DNA from: Octopus sinensis
Taxonomy: Eukaryota
NCBI RefSeq assembly: GCF_006345805.1
Contig: NC_043003.1
Location: 117,242,001-117,306,000, forward strand
Length of the DNA stretch: 64,000 nucleotides
Direction: 5' to 3'
Of the stretch, positions 34,855-47,654 are shown one piece after another (positions within the stretch are counted from its first letter, which is position 1; every line of letters begins with the position of its first letter). The notes under the pieces are model-generated. The model was given only the letters and a program-made list of their open reading frames with translations. It was not told the origin of the DNA and ran no database searches. The translations under genes were made by a program, and so were the position numbers.

Positions 34855-35030
34855 CAGCGAGCTGGCAGAATCCTTAGCGAGTCGGAGAAATTGCTTAGCA
34901 CCATTTCTTCCGGCTATGAGTTCAAATGCTACTGAGATCCATATCTCCTCTCATCTTTTCCAGGTCGATAAAATATAAAATACCAGTCGGTTTCCCCTCC
35001 CCTCAAAAAATTGGCCTCCTGTCAAAACTT
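34855..35030 (+). mobile_element. Degenerate SINE B'
   Basis: gcagcgagctggcagaatcc...atgagttcaaat...caggtcgataaaat. Confidence 0.6.
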
Positions 35031-35034
35031 GATC

Positions 35035-35111
35035 ATCATTATTATTATTATTATTATTACTATTTTTATTATTATCATTATTATTATATTATTATATTAT
35101 TATTATTATTA

Positions 35112-35144
<33 letters not shown>

Positions 35145-35690
35145 CATATAATTATTTATATTATCATTATTATTATTTAATTACGATTATTATTATTATT
35201 ATTATCATTATTATTATTTTATTATTATCATTATTATATTATTATTACTATTATTATTATTATTATTATTACAATTATTATTATTTTATTATTATTATTA
35301 TCAATATTCTTATTATTATTATTACATATTATTATTATTATTATTATTATTATCAATATTATTATTATTATTATTACTATTATTATTATTATTATTATTA
35401 TTGTTGTTGTTGTTGTTGTTGTTATTTATTCACTTAACCTCTGATTTATCTATTTCACGTCTCCGTTCCATCCTGCAGCTTAGAGATGCAACACTATTCT
35501 CATCACATGAACTGTTCCAAATACGAATGGCTACCAACTGAATAATTCCAATGGAGTTTCGTATTTGCAGCTTTTCATGCCAGAATATTGCTCTGTCATG
35601 TGCACGACCACAATTGGTACCACACTCACTTTTGAGGCACTATGCATCGCTTCACTTTCAATGTTATTATTATTACAATTATTATGATTA

Positions 35691-35746
<56 letters not shown>

Positions 35747-35842
35747 TATTATTATTGTTATTATTATTATTATATTATTATTTTATTATTATTTATTATT
35801 ATCATTATTATTATTATCATTATTATTATTATTATTATTATT
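35035..35842. repeat. (TTA)n arrays with one unique spacer of about 230 bp
   Basis: Directly visible. Confidence 0.92.
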
Positions 35843-36396
35843 GAGTGAGAGAGCAGTTCATGCCATCAAAGTGACACTGGGGTAAAATATACGAAGCCCT
35901 GTATACCCATCAGGACTACCCGTCTGATAAGGGTACACCAGGCACATGCATCACAACCATATGTGTGCGACATGGTGATCTCATATCAAGATAAACAGCA
36001 CATGACCTTGCAGGTGGGACCCAGTTAGAATTTTCTTCTGGTCGAGTAGCCCATCCCGCTCAAAAGGTCCCTGAAGAAGGGTTGTTTAAGGATGTTGAAC
36101 GAAACACCCATGTTTCCAGAGGTGAATTATTCAAACCCCAAAGAATCCCTCTCAACACATGGCTATGATGCTCCCCCACTACTTCTGCTCGTGATCAGAG
36201 ATGCACATATCGTCAGCCACTAAGGGACATGCTCAACTGGTTAAGGTCAAACAACTGACAGGCAAAGCTGTGGTATTTAGCAGAATATTTGCTGTAGCCC
36301 ATCTTTTATACCAAGACAAAAAATGTACATGATACCACTTTCAATCAGTTAAGATCAGAGGCCATGAGAGCCACTGCCTGGTACTGCATCAGGGCA

Positions 36397-36398
<2 letters not shown>
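35843..36398 (-). mobile_element. Element F, apparently complete (about 555 bp), flanked by (TTA)n on both sides
   Basis: Homologous to 14600-15085 plus about 75 extra terminal nt (aaatgccctgatgcagtaccaggcagtggc on the AAT strand). Confidence 0.88.
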
Positions 36399-36452
<54 letters not shown>

Positions 36453-36477
36453 CATTATTATTATTATTATTATCCTC

Positions 36478-36710
36478 ATTGCCTTTGCACAGCTTCTAAC
36501 GCTGGAGATGTACTACTTCTCGAGGTTTTTGCTCACTGTTCCCAGGGCTCCGACAATTATTGGTACTAACTACTGCTACCTTTTTCATCGACTGCAACTG
36601 CTTTACTTCCCAAGCTAACCTGTCATATCTATCGACTTTCCTTTCTTCCTTATCGCATACCTTGTTGTCAGCTCGGCATGTTATATGTAAGATCCAGCAT
36701 AGTTTGTTTT
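36478..36710 (-). mobile_element. R4/Dong-like RLE fragment (third subfamily)
   Basis: Translation DNKVCDKEERKVDRYDRLAWEVKQL resembles KE.EK..KY.DL..EV. Confidence 0.62.
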
Positions 36711-36752
36711 CTTCTTCTTCTTCTTCTTCTTCTTCTTATTATTATTATTATA

Positions 36753-36786
<34 letters not shown>

Positions 36787-36812
36787 TTATTATTATTATT
36801 ATTATTATTATT

Positions 36813-36933
36813 CAGTTTTATTTTTATAGCGTGCTTTCACTTCACTACCGAGCGCAGCTCTGTGTGCTTGTGATGTGCTGTGATTTGTTGTGCTTGTGAT
36901 GTGATGCTCTGATGGTTATTGTATGGAAAGTGT
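36813..36933 (-). mobile_element. R4/Dong-like family 1, 3' UTR-only copy
   Basis: Duplicate of 37011-37130 with an internal gtgcttgtgatgtg duplication. Confidence 0.88.
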
Positions 36934-36967
36934 TTCTTCTTCTTCTTCTTCTCTTCTTCGATTCTTA

Positions 36968-37705
<738 letters not shown>

Positions 37706-37978
37706 TAGTATTATTTTCATCATCCTCTTTCAATTCTGTTTCCATTTTTGTCGAGTGTCTTCCTGACACCTAGGGCAGAGAAACGCTCTGTATAAACTGG
37801 TAGGCCATTAAAATAAACACACCATATTGGTCATTTATAAAGCCATGTGATAGAGAAAAGGAGTAAGAAAGGCAAAGAGAAAGGGGGAAAAGAATAAACA
37901 ATAAAAGAAGTAAACAAAGAAAAGAAAGGGAAAAAAATGAAAGAAAATTCACAGTGACATTGTTCTTCTCAATATATT

Positions 37979-38196
37979 TATTTCTTTACTACCCACAAGG
38001 GGCTAAACACAGAGAGGACAAACAAGGACAGACAAAGGGATTATGTCGATTACATAGACCCCAGTGCGAAACTGGTACTTTATTTATCGACCCAGAAAGG
38101 ATCAAAGGCAAAGTCGACCTCGGCGGAATTTGAACTCAGAACATAACGGCAGACGAAATACGGCTACGCATTTCGCCCGGCGGCTAACGTTTCTGA
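37979..38196 (-). mobile_element. SINE B monomer, 9-bp TSD
   Basis: caatatatt at 37970-37978 and 38197-38205. Confidence 0.9.
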
Positions 38197-38349
38197 CAAT
38201 ATATTGACGTACAAGTCAAGACAAGCTTTCGCACTCCCTGTATGGATGGTAAGCCAGCGATCATTCTTAAATAATTTTCATTTCCTTTTTTGATCATTCC
38301 AAATAAAAAGATGGAGTCTTTCTCCCTTTTTTTCACTTTTTAAATTATA

Positions 38350-39480
38350 TGACCTGCATTCGTTTTGGAAGCAGGAACGACCTCATCACTGGAAATAGAT
38401 AATCTGGTCATCATTGAGACCAGAATTTCGGGAGCACGGGCATTCACATGCATTTTCGGTGACTACGATGTGTACGCATCTCCAAGACGTCTTGAATATG
38501 GAGGCAGCGTGGCTGGGTTGTTTCAGAAAGGCTTGCATCTCGTGACACGGAGCCTTTTCGTGGATCCGGAAGGTAATTTAGTGGTGCTGGACGTGACAAA
38601 CAGTAACGGCTATGCTTTCAGGCTAGTGGCTGCCTATGCAACGAAAGGGGCAGATCGACCTGATTTCTTAAGGCGCTTTGGGACCTTTCTAGGAATGTCT
38701 CGCTGTTTAGTGTTAGTGGGGGTGGCTGGACGGTATCTTAGACGCACGCTAGGACTGTGTGGGTCTAACAGATAGGGGAAAGAGGTGTAAAAAACCTTGC
38801 GAAGCTTCCCAGACATTTTCAATGGTCTGACTGGTGCCGACTGAATTTTCCTATGCGCCAGTGAGGACATGGACGAACAGCATCTGGTCATCTAGGTGGC
38901 ATCTAGATAGCGTATTCAGTAGATAAGGATAGTATAATTTGTCCATTATTTAAAATAGTCTTCTACTCGGACCGCAAGTTCGTGATCTGTACGGTCAACT
39001 TAAATAGACTTCCTAGACAGAGTCCCGGTTACTGGAAACTGAACGCATCCTTTCTAACGCACAAGGCCTACAGAGATTGGATTAGTGAATTAGTCAAGCG
39101 AGCGTTGACGGAAGCAGTTATCAACAACAAACAGTGGTTTGTTCTGAAAAGGGCGATTACAGTGGAATCAATTAGGTTTAGTAAAGGAGGAAAGACAGAA
39201 AATACTAGATTAAGGGGTGAGCTAGTTAAAAAGGCTGGAAGAGGCTTTTACGAAAAGCAGTGCAACTGATATGCTTGCGGAGAGATTGGCTCTCGACCAA
39301 TTCTTCAGCGCAGAGCACGAAGATTGCATTGCTAGAATTTGGGCGCATGCCCTTAGACACGAAGGGACGAAAGCTGTTCGATGGGCCCGTGTGGCAGAGG
39401 CATGTCGTTAAAAGAAAGCCAAGTGTTACAACTGGTGCTGGGAGTTTAGGTGGTAGTTTAGTAGTAATAAGAACAGCTTG
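38350..39480 (+). pseudogene. Degenerate L1/Tx1-clade ORF2 fragment (APE endonuclease plus linker)
   Basis: DPEGNLVVLDV, FRLVAAYA, YSD(H)KFV and the diagnostic PGYWKLNASFL motif. Multiple stops and frameshifts. Confidence 0.8.
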
Positions 39481-39489
39481 GAGGTGTTA

Positions 39490-39756
39490 GTGGTGACTGG
39501 GTGGCTGGGTGGTGCTATTGTTAGTGGGGTTATCGGTGGCTGACATAGTAGTAGTGGAGGTGGTGGTGGTGCTGGTGGTGGTGGTGGTGGTGCTGCTGCT
39601 GCTGGTGGTGGTGGTGGTGGCGTGATGGCGGTGGTGTCTAAAATATCTCCTAAAGTTGATAAAATACTTCAAATCGCTTTTATTTTTGCAGAAGACCTCA
39701 ATTCCATATTCATGGATATATTTTTCTTACTGTCTGCTTTCTCTTCATCTTTGTCG

Positions 39757-39807
<51 letters not shown>

Positions 39808-40020
39808 ACATCATCATCATCATCATCATCATCATAATCATCATCATCATCATCATCTCCATTGTCATGATAATCATCATCACCGTCATCTTCATTGTCA
39901 TCATCTTTATCATTGTCATCATCATCATCATCTTTGTTTTTGTTACCATTCTTTTTATTGTTATAATTTACATGAGCAGTAACAAGAGGAGGAGGCGGAG
40001 GAGGAGGAGGAGGAGGAGGG
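39490..40020. repeat. (GGT/AGT/GCT)n, (CAT)n and (GAG)n microsatellites
   Basis: Directly visible; source of the poly-His and poly-Asp ORFs. Confidence 0.95.
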
Positions 40021-40308
40021 GAGCAACTTTCTCCTCGCATTGTTCCTTGATAGATTATTAAATTTTAGAAAAGAATGGTGTACATATGAATTGGTTGGAG
40101 TATATATGCGTGTTTGTTTTGTGTGTACATATGTGTGTAAGGGAGAGAGTGCATGTGTGTATGTTTGCATGTATATATGTACGTATGTGTGTACTTGGAC
40201 GGGGAGAGAGAAAGAGCGAGAAGAAAAAAATTGGCAGGACAAAGTTGCATAGAATTCTAAATGGATTTAAATCATTTGGATGCGTGCATTATATAGACAG
40301 AGACTCTG

Positions 40309-40336
<28 letters not shown>

Positions 40337-40339
<3 letters not shown>

Positions 40340-40465
40340 TGCACGCCTATGTGTGTTTGTGTAACTGTATATATGTATGGAAGAGGAGATGAGTGTATAT
40401 GTATGTGTATTCATATATATATATATATACACATGCATACACACACACATGCACATATATACTAG

Positions 40466-40497
<32 letters not shown>

Positions 40498-40655
40498 GTG
40501 TGTGTGTGTATGTGTGTGCGTGTGTGTGCACGCGTATGTGTGTTTGTGTAACTGTATATATGTATGGAAGAGGAGATGAGTGTATATGTATGTGTATTCA
40601 TATATATATATATACACATGCATACACACACACACACATGCACATATATACTGGT
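40337..40655. repeat. Local tandem duplication, unit about 185 bp, about 1.7 copies
   Basis: gtgtgcacgc.tatgtgtgtttgtgtaactgtatatatgtatggaagaggagatgag occurs twice in direct orientation. Confidence 0.88.
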
Positions 40656-40874
40656 AGATGGACAGGTAGACATACAGACAAAAACACAAGCCAGAATGGC
40701 AGAACAGAAAGAAAGACAGGCATAGAGATGGGCGGTTCCTCTTGGAGATTCCAACACATTTTCATGATCAGAACAAAACCATTCCACATACATATTTCTA
40801 TAGAGAATAAAAGCTATTATTAAGGCCAGGAGGAGAAGCTCTTAATTTATTCTACATGTTTATGCCATTATACA

Positions 40875-40876
40875 GT

Positions 40877-40921
<45 letters not shown>

Positions 40922-40954
40922 GGACGGACGGACGGACGGACAGACAGAACAGAC

Positions 40955-40987
<33 letters not shown>

Positions 40988-41009
40988 TAGATAGATAGTA
41001 GTTTAGATA

Positions 41010-41071
<62 letters not shown>

Positions 41072-41105
41072 TAATAGATAGATAGATAGATAGATAGATA
41101 GATGT
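40875..41105. repeat. (GACA)n/(GACG)n/(GATA)n microsatellite
   Basis: Directly visible. Confidence 0.95.
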
Positions 41106-41379
41106 GAGTATGTGCACGTGATTGTGTGTGTGTGTATGTTTGGTTTGCGTGAGTATGTTTGGATGTGTGTGAGTATTACGTATGAGTTAAAAAGAAAGCA
41201 AGCATACTCAAAACATAAAGTAGAGTATATATAATGTTTCAACAACTGAAATTTTACAAGAGTGATTCCAGGAACAAGAATTTTGTGCCAAGTTTTATAT
41301 ATGCTTTTACAACAACTGTAGCAAATGCAATTAATATATTTGATCTCCAAATGTGTTTAGATACTTGATACACAAGGAG

Positions 41380-42590
41380 ACATTCTATTATAGTTTCGTC
41401 ATTTTAGACTTGTTTTCTTCCTTTGTTCTTCAAAATATTTCCCAATTTTAAAGGTGCGTTTCAATGACGAAAACTTTTGATGAAATACATTAAAAGCCTC
41501 AATGTTCACGGAGTTAATGCTGAAATACCACAAGCCATTTATTTCTGTTTTACATTTTATGGGCCTTAACTGATTTCTGTTGTCTCTCCTTTCTATCGAT
41601 GTTGTAGAATGTATTTCGATCAAAATATTCTTTAACTTTATCAGTCTTTTCTGCTGCTTGCTTCAAATACAGAAATTCAAATCTTGGAATTTGTATTAAT
41701 AAATCTGAAGGTTCTGAGTCCCGCCTCAGAAACGACAAACTTTCAAACTTAAAAATAGCTCTACAAAAATTAATCCAGAACATGCATTTAATATGGCGGG
41801 AATTATTTGGGCTGCAGAGATGTGCTACTTAGCGACATCAAATATATGATTCTAATCCTAGAAAACTTCCAGCCAGTGAATATTTAGATCAATATGTACG
41901 AAATTGGCGGCCGACTCTTGAATTAATCCCATTCTTCCAATGTGGTGTGCGAAAAATAAAAAGTGAACGAAAAAGTTTTGATACTTTTAGCAAGATTGAA
42001 AGAAATATCGATTCTCATGTATTTCAGATGGCATGAAGTTAAATGTAGATATTGCCTCGAGTTTCGTGGTTTATAATATACATCTGCCTCAATCCTTGTT
42101 TATTTTTATATGATCACAATATTTAAAAAGGGTAATTTGTCTCTGCTGTATTCCTTAGAAAACCGTATGCTGTTGCTAATGCTATTTATATGACACTTAA
42201 ATTCGGAAAATTCTATTAAAAATTTCTCCCCATAGGATAAATGCTGTCTACATTTCTTGTCCAGTTTCTTTAAGGTAATTTTTACAATGCTTTTCATCTT
42301 TCACTCAATCTTTATGCATTCTCAAGTCAATGTATTCCTTCACTAAATTTGTATATGTTGGGGCTAACTAGGTCCCTGCAGCAGTTCCAAATATTTGATT
42401 GTTTAATGCTACATCAAAATTGTTTTGTAGAATAAATTGGAGACCTGCAATTATAAGTTATGCCTTATATGCGGTAACGTAAGTCATCAGGGGATTTATT
42501 AAGGTAAATAAATATTGCTTCTGTTCTGTAATCATAAGATATATTTGTATATGGTTTAACAACATGAAATGGAACTGTTATAGGATCTTC
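41380..42590 (-). pseudogene. Degenerate PLE reverse transcriptase and linker
   Basis: PYTNI, GLQFILQNN, IFGTAAGT*LAPTYTNL (GTAMGT..APTYANL), NSISNSIRFSKEYSRDKLPFLNI, DVYYKP...QYLH. Confidence 0.75.
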
Positions 42591-42889
42591 CTTCCTTGCA
42601 GATCGTCATCTTACATACGTGTAAGGAGTTTTATCGTTTACACGTTTCATTCTCTTATATACAAATACGCTACCTGCAAACCGCATCCACACACACACTT
42701 ATAACGAAAAACATATATTCACATATACACTCCACACACACAAGTATTTTCCTCACACACACACACAACACACACACACACACACGCACGCACACACACA
42801 TACACACACATACACACACAAACACACGCGCATGCACACACACACAAGCACTCAAACTTGCAATGGCCATTTTTACACTCTCCTGCCTT

Positions 42890-43075
42890 CAAACTCTATA
42901 TTCTTTGTCTCTCTCCAACTTCCGGTCAGTTTTTTGTAGTTGGAGGGGCATGTAATGACACACGTGATTTTATCCGGACTATCTGCTCCTTCCTCCTGTT
43001 CTTCCTTGCTGGACTTCTTCCTCTTTCCGACGAAGATCTTTGCTCAAACGCCATTTCCACTCTTATGTTGCCGTC
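42890..43075 (+). mobile_element. Possible PLE pseudo-LTR remnant with decayed hammerhead-like motif
   Basis: ctttccgacgaagatctttgctcaaacgcc resembles the 51267 motif. Confidence 0.4.
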
Positions 43076-43214
43076 TAACATTTCCACTGAGAGTCAATCT
43101 ATTTGGGTTGGCAACTAAGTTCCCGCCGTTTTTTAAAATTCAAATTATTTAAAAAGTTTAGCTATGCCGATGATACAAAAATACCCCATGCACAAAGGCC
43201 CTGTTGATGCTAAT

Positions 43215-43545
43215 CTTGGCCAAGTGTCTTCTACTATAGCCTCGGGCCGACCAAAGCCTTGTGAGTGGATTTGGTAGACGGAAACTGAAAGAAGCTCGTC
43301 GTATATATGTATATATATATGCGTGTGTGTGTTTGTGTGTCTGTGTTTGTCCCCCTAGCATTGCTTGACAACCGATGCTGGTGTGTTTATGTCCCCGTAA
43401 CTTAGCGGTTCGGGTAAAGAGACCGATAGAATATGTACTGGGCTTACAAAAGAATAAGTCCCGGGGTCAAGTTGATCGATTAAAGGCGGTGCTCCAGCAT
43501 GGCCGCAGTCAAATGACTGAAACAAGTAAAAGAGAGAGAAAGAGA
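43215..43545 (+). mobile_element. SINE C, 5'-truncated
   Basis: Begins at cttggccaagtgtcttctactatagcc; tail complete. Confidence 0.9.
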
Positions 43546-43639
43546 GAGAGATACCATATATAAATGGGCTGAAAAAAATATGCAATTTAATGCAGAATTA
43601 CAAGCCCTGCGCTAACTGCTAGCTCTTGCACTCACATAC

Positions 43640-44045
43640 AATACCAGAGCTGCTTTGGACCTAATGAAATGACAATCCCGCAATCATATGTAGTACATGA
43701 CATGGAGATTGTTATGAGCAGCGATACGTTGTTTCATGTACATATTACCAAGATGGTGACAATGGGTAGGTGAATGGCCGGATTGCTTCTTAGAACGTTC
43801 AGAACAAGGGACCAGGAAATTCTCCTAGTCCCTTGGAGGGCATTCGCGCTCTGCTGTCTGTACTATTGCTTTCAACTAATGGTCACACCACAGTGTCAAA
43901 ACAAAAAATAGCGAAACAGTTCAGCTACTGGGAAAGACTGAAAGAGCTATCACCCAACTTCTCTGGAGCGAAGACGGGAAAGATATGCGGTGGTATATGT
44001 GCATGTGTGTCCATATACATAGATACTAGATATATAGGTACATAG

Positions 44046-44122
<77 letters not shown>

Positions 44123-44722
44123 TACATATATAAACAGCACGAGATGCAGCACAGATTTTTGTCAGTGAACAGGTCCCGGTCTTAAAGCGAACGAAAATAT
44201 TTTGACAAATTGAACTTAAATGTTGAAGTGAATCGAACGGCTTTTGTGTGTTTCTTAAATGGCTTACAAACCCTTCCACGCTGCAATTGTTTCAGCACAC
44301 ACACAATCTCAGATCAAATCACTTGCTATGCAAGTACATCTCCGTAATATATATATATATATATATATGGAAGATTCTTGAGGGATTCGCACCAAATTAT
44401 GACTTCGAGCGTTATACTAGTCCCCGAACAGGATGCCCACCTCATCTAGCGTGAGAACCAGGTACTGTAGTAGTTTGGGTCTCAAAGGCCCACAACTACT
44501 TAACAATATGGCTCCAGAACTGAGGGACCAACATGGAGGGGAGGTGGATGTTTCCAAAAGGCAACTTAATCTTCTGCTTTCCAAGATTCCACATGAACCT
44601 ACATCACAGCAAGAAACTTAGAAGAGGGTATCAATATCAAACACCCTTGTTCGCCAAATGTCAATCATATCGGACCGGCTGTTGAAAGTGTGACGATACT
44701 TGCGGTGCCCCGCCATGGCACA
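43640..44722 (+). mobile_element. Degenerate L2/CR1-type LINE 3' portion, split by (TA)n and an insertion
   Basis: LRTFRTRD, YWERLKEL, LERRRERYAVVY | WKILEGFAPN, LGLKGPQL, LLSKIPHEP; ends gcggtgccccgccatggcac. Confidence 0.8.
44132..44347. other. Unclassified ~215-bp segment inserted within (TA)n inside the LINE
   Basis: Interrupts the LINE reading frame between VVY and WKILEG and is bounded by (TA)n on both sides. Confidence 0.45.
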
Positions 44723-44750
44723 TTATTTCGGCTCAACGTCATTAATGAAT

Positions 44751-44825
<75 letters not shown>

Positions 44826-45016
44826 ATATACGAATGAATATATGTATGTTTGTATGTATGTACGTATTATAGAAAACATGCACATGGGCAGCACAGACAT
44901 GCGCCCGAATATGTAAACATACATTTTATATACCGAATGGAGCAGAAATATATACATATTCACGTTCACGAGTTTTTGTCCGCCTTCTCTCCCTCCCTCT
45001 TTCCCTCCTTCTTTCC

Positions 45017-45061
<45 letters not shown>

Positions 45062-45066
<5 letters not shown>

Positions 45067-45217
45067 TCAAAATAAGCAACAAGAATATCTCCGGTAATTT
45101 GGTACGATCGTTTCACGCTACATCATTTTATTAATTGCATTAATTTTATAAAATGATGTAGCGTGAAACGATCGTACCAAATTACCGGAAATATCCTTGT
45201 TGCTTATTTTGAGTATA
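45062..45217. mobile_element. 156-bp foldback/MITE-like element with ~70-bp inverted arms, TA-flanked
   Basis: tatactcaaaataagcaacaag...cgctacatcattttat and its reverse complement differ at 2 positions; short AT-rich spacer. Confidence 0.88.
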
Positions 45218-46059
45218 ATCACCCCATGGATTTATATGGATAACACCTTCCAAAATTCTGGTGCATCTAACTTAAGTGCCATATTCATTTGAATCTAGAT
45301 TTTGCTGAACTTATATATATATATATATATATTTCTTTATTCTCTTCCCCCACATTTTCTTCCCTTCAAATGACTTCATATGCTTGTCCCTCTCCTTTTT
45401 ATATTCTTTCCTTTTCTCTCTCTCTCACATAGATTCTTGATATTTATTTCTCCCTTCTATGCTTTTTACTATCTATTCCTCTCTTTCTTTCTCTCTCCCT
45501 AAATATATCCGCCTTACTTTCCGTCTCATTTCTTTAAAACTTCATATCTCCAATTCACATTTCTTTTTTCACCCTTCCCTTCTTCTCTCTTTCGCTCTCA
45601 TTTCTTCTCCTCTCCCTCCCACCTTCCTCCACCGCTTCCTTTTTATCCATCTCCCCAGCCTCAATCTTGTTCTATTTCACACTATGTACCCGGATACGCA
45701 ACGGCTCTTTCTTAATAGCGTATTGTTGAAATTATTTTTTTCTATGGAGTTTCATATATATATATAACCTAACGTAATTTCAATCTCATTTCATATTTTT
45801 GCAATATTTTAATATTTTAAACACAGCAGTCTTTAGATTTATTATATTTCTCGATTTCTTTCTTGTTTCATTTTATAAGAATATATTTTTGGATTTCATC
45901 TTAACCGAAATCAGAATTCCAATTTGTCATTTTCTTGTCTCAACTGTAGAGTCATGTTTGTTAGATCTCTATGTTAGTCTTTAAACACGGTTACGGCCAT
46001 GCTAGCGTGCAATATGTAATCACGTGCGTATTTATGTATATATGCATGTATGTCTCTGT

Positions 46060-46165
46060 AGGTAGGTAGGTAGGTAGGTAGGTAGGTAAGTAGGTAGGTA
46101 GGTAGGTAGGTAGGTAGGTAGGTAGGTAGGTAGGTAGGTAGGTAGGTAGGTATGTAGGTAGGTAG
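46060..46165. repeat. (TAGG)n microsatellite
   Basis: Directly visible. Confidence 0.95.
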
Positions 46166-46206
46166 AGGGGGAATTTTCCAATTGATGAAACTCATTTTTT
46201 TTTAAA

Positions 46207-46254
46207 ATCTAGTTTCAGCTCACAAGCTGTGGCCATGCTGGGGTACCGCCATTT
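46207..46254 (-). mobile_element. LINE-type 3' tail fragment
   Basis: Reverse complement aaatggcggtaccccagcatggccacagcttgtgagctgaaactaga matches 871-918. Confidence 0.6.
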
Positions 46255-46261
46255 AGAGTGA

Positions 46262-46434
46262 AAGAAAGTTGGAGCGAAAGAGTACAACAGGGGTCGCCAC
46301 CATCCCCTGCCGGAGCCTCGTGGAGCTTTAGGTGTTTTCGCTCAATAAACACACACAACACCCGGTCTGGGAATCAAAACCGAGATCCTCCGACCGCGAG
46401 TCCGCTACCCTAACCACTGGGCCATTGCGCCTCC
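46262..46434 (-). mobile_element. SINE A head half
   Basis: Ends ccactgggccattgcgcctcc. Confidence 0.9.
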
Positions 46435-47039
46435 ACATATTTCACAAACGGACACTGCTAAATGTAGAATGTGAAATTAAGAATCAAACACTAATATATA
46501 TTTCAATACTGAATTCTTGAATGCTGTAACCAGGCTATTTCATTTTTTCTTTTTTTTTTTTTTTGAGAAATGGTAAATTCGATTGAATAAGGCTTTAAAG
46601 AAAACTGGTATTCATCAAAAGTAACGTTTGAGCTTCTCTGTTGTTTCAGAGTAACACTTTATGCGACGCTGTCTTCCTTACTCTGTAACTAGAAAGTAAA
46701 ATTAATGGTTAGGTTTGGAATGCCTTTGAAGGCATTTGGGAGTTCACCAGAGCAGCGTTTTTTTTTTTTACCGATACTGGTAAAAAACTGAATTTCAAAA
46801 GATTTCATCTCAGATTTAGTTGTTGTCAATCACCGAATATCGTGGACTCCCCCGTCGTTAGACGACGTATGAGGAGTCAGCAATTTCTTACAGATGATTT
46901 GTTTATAGTAATGAAATATGTGTGTACACATAGGCCCACCCCCTCTATCAAATCGACATTACCTGTACAGGTGCGCCGTGTGCCACATGTCAGGTGACGA
47001 AATGAACACAGAGCAAAGTGAAATAAAGTATATATATAT

Positions 47040-47290
47040 TTTTTCTATTGTTTCCGGGGAGAGTCATTCTCTTTTAGTACCTTATTATTTAACACACTCA
47101 CCGATTCGATTTCCACTCATTTACTTATTTTTTTCTAAAAGTTTCGTTGCATCTTGCAACTTTTTCAATAGTCACTGACTCTGTCCGTTGTCACAGACGC
47201 GTTCTTTTCGTTTGTTTGTTTGTGTATGCGTCAGTGTGCACGTGTATACACATATGTATGTATGTATGTATATATGTATGTTTGCATGTA
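47040..47290 (+). repeat. Interspersed repeat, arm 1 of an inverted pair
   Basis: ggggagagtcattctcttttagt...tcgatttccact...ttttcaatagtca...gcgtcagtgtgca.gtgtatacacatatgtatg. Confidence 0.8.
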
Positions 47291-47650
47291 TGCATGTATG
47301 TATCTATGTATGTATGTATGGACTGATGGATGGATGGATGGATGTGCATGTATGTATGTAAGTATGTATGTATGTATGTATGTATGTATGTATATATGTC
47401 TGTATGTATGTATATATGTATGCATGTATGCATGTATATATGTATGTATGTATGGATGGATGCATGCATGCATGTATGCATGGATGGATGGATGGATGTG
47501 TATGTATGTATATATGTATGTATGTATGTATGCATGTATGGATGGATGTATGGATGGATGGATGGATGGATGGATGGATGTATGGATGGATGGATGGATG
47601 TATGGATGGATGGATGGATGGATGGATGTGTATGCATGTATGTGTATGCA
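47245..47650. repeat. (TATG)n/(GATG)n microsatellite
   Basis: Directly visible. Confidence 0.95.
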
Positions 47651-47654
47651 TACA

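Noticed and set aside
36065-36125. CTGAAGA...GAAAC...GTTTC in element F resembling a hammerhead
   Set aside because: Six extra nucleotides precede stem II, stem I cannot pair, and the second F copy reads CTGGATA at the core.
46060-46165. (TAGG)n tract and scattered tagggtt motifs in the pseudo-LTRs as possible telomeric sequence
   Set aside because: They are not (TTAGGG)n or (TTAGG)n arrays and are internal; treated as ordinary microsatellite or subrepeat.
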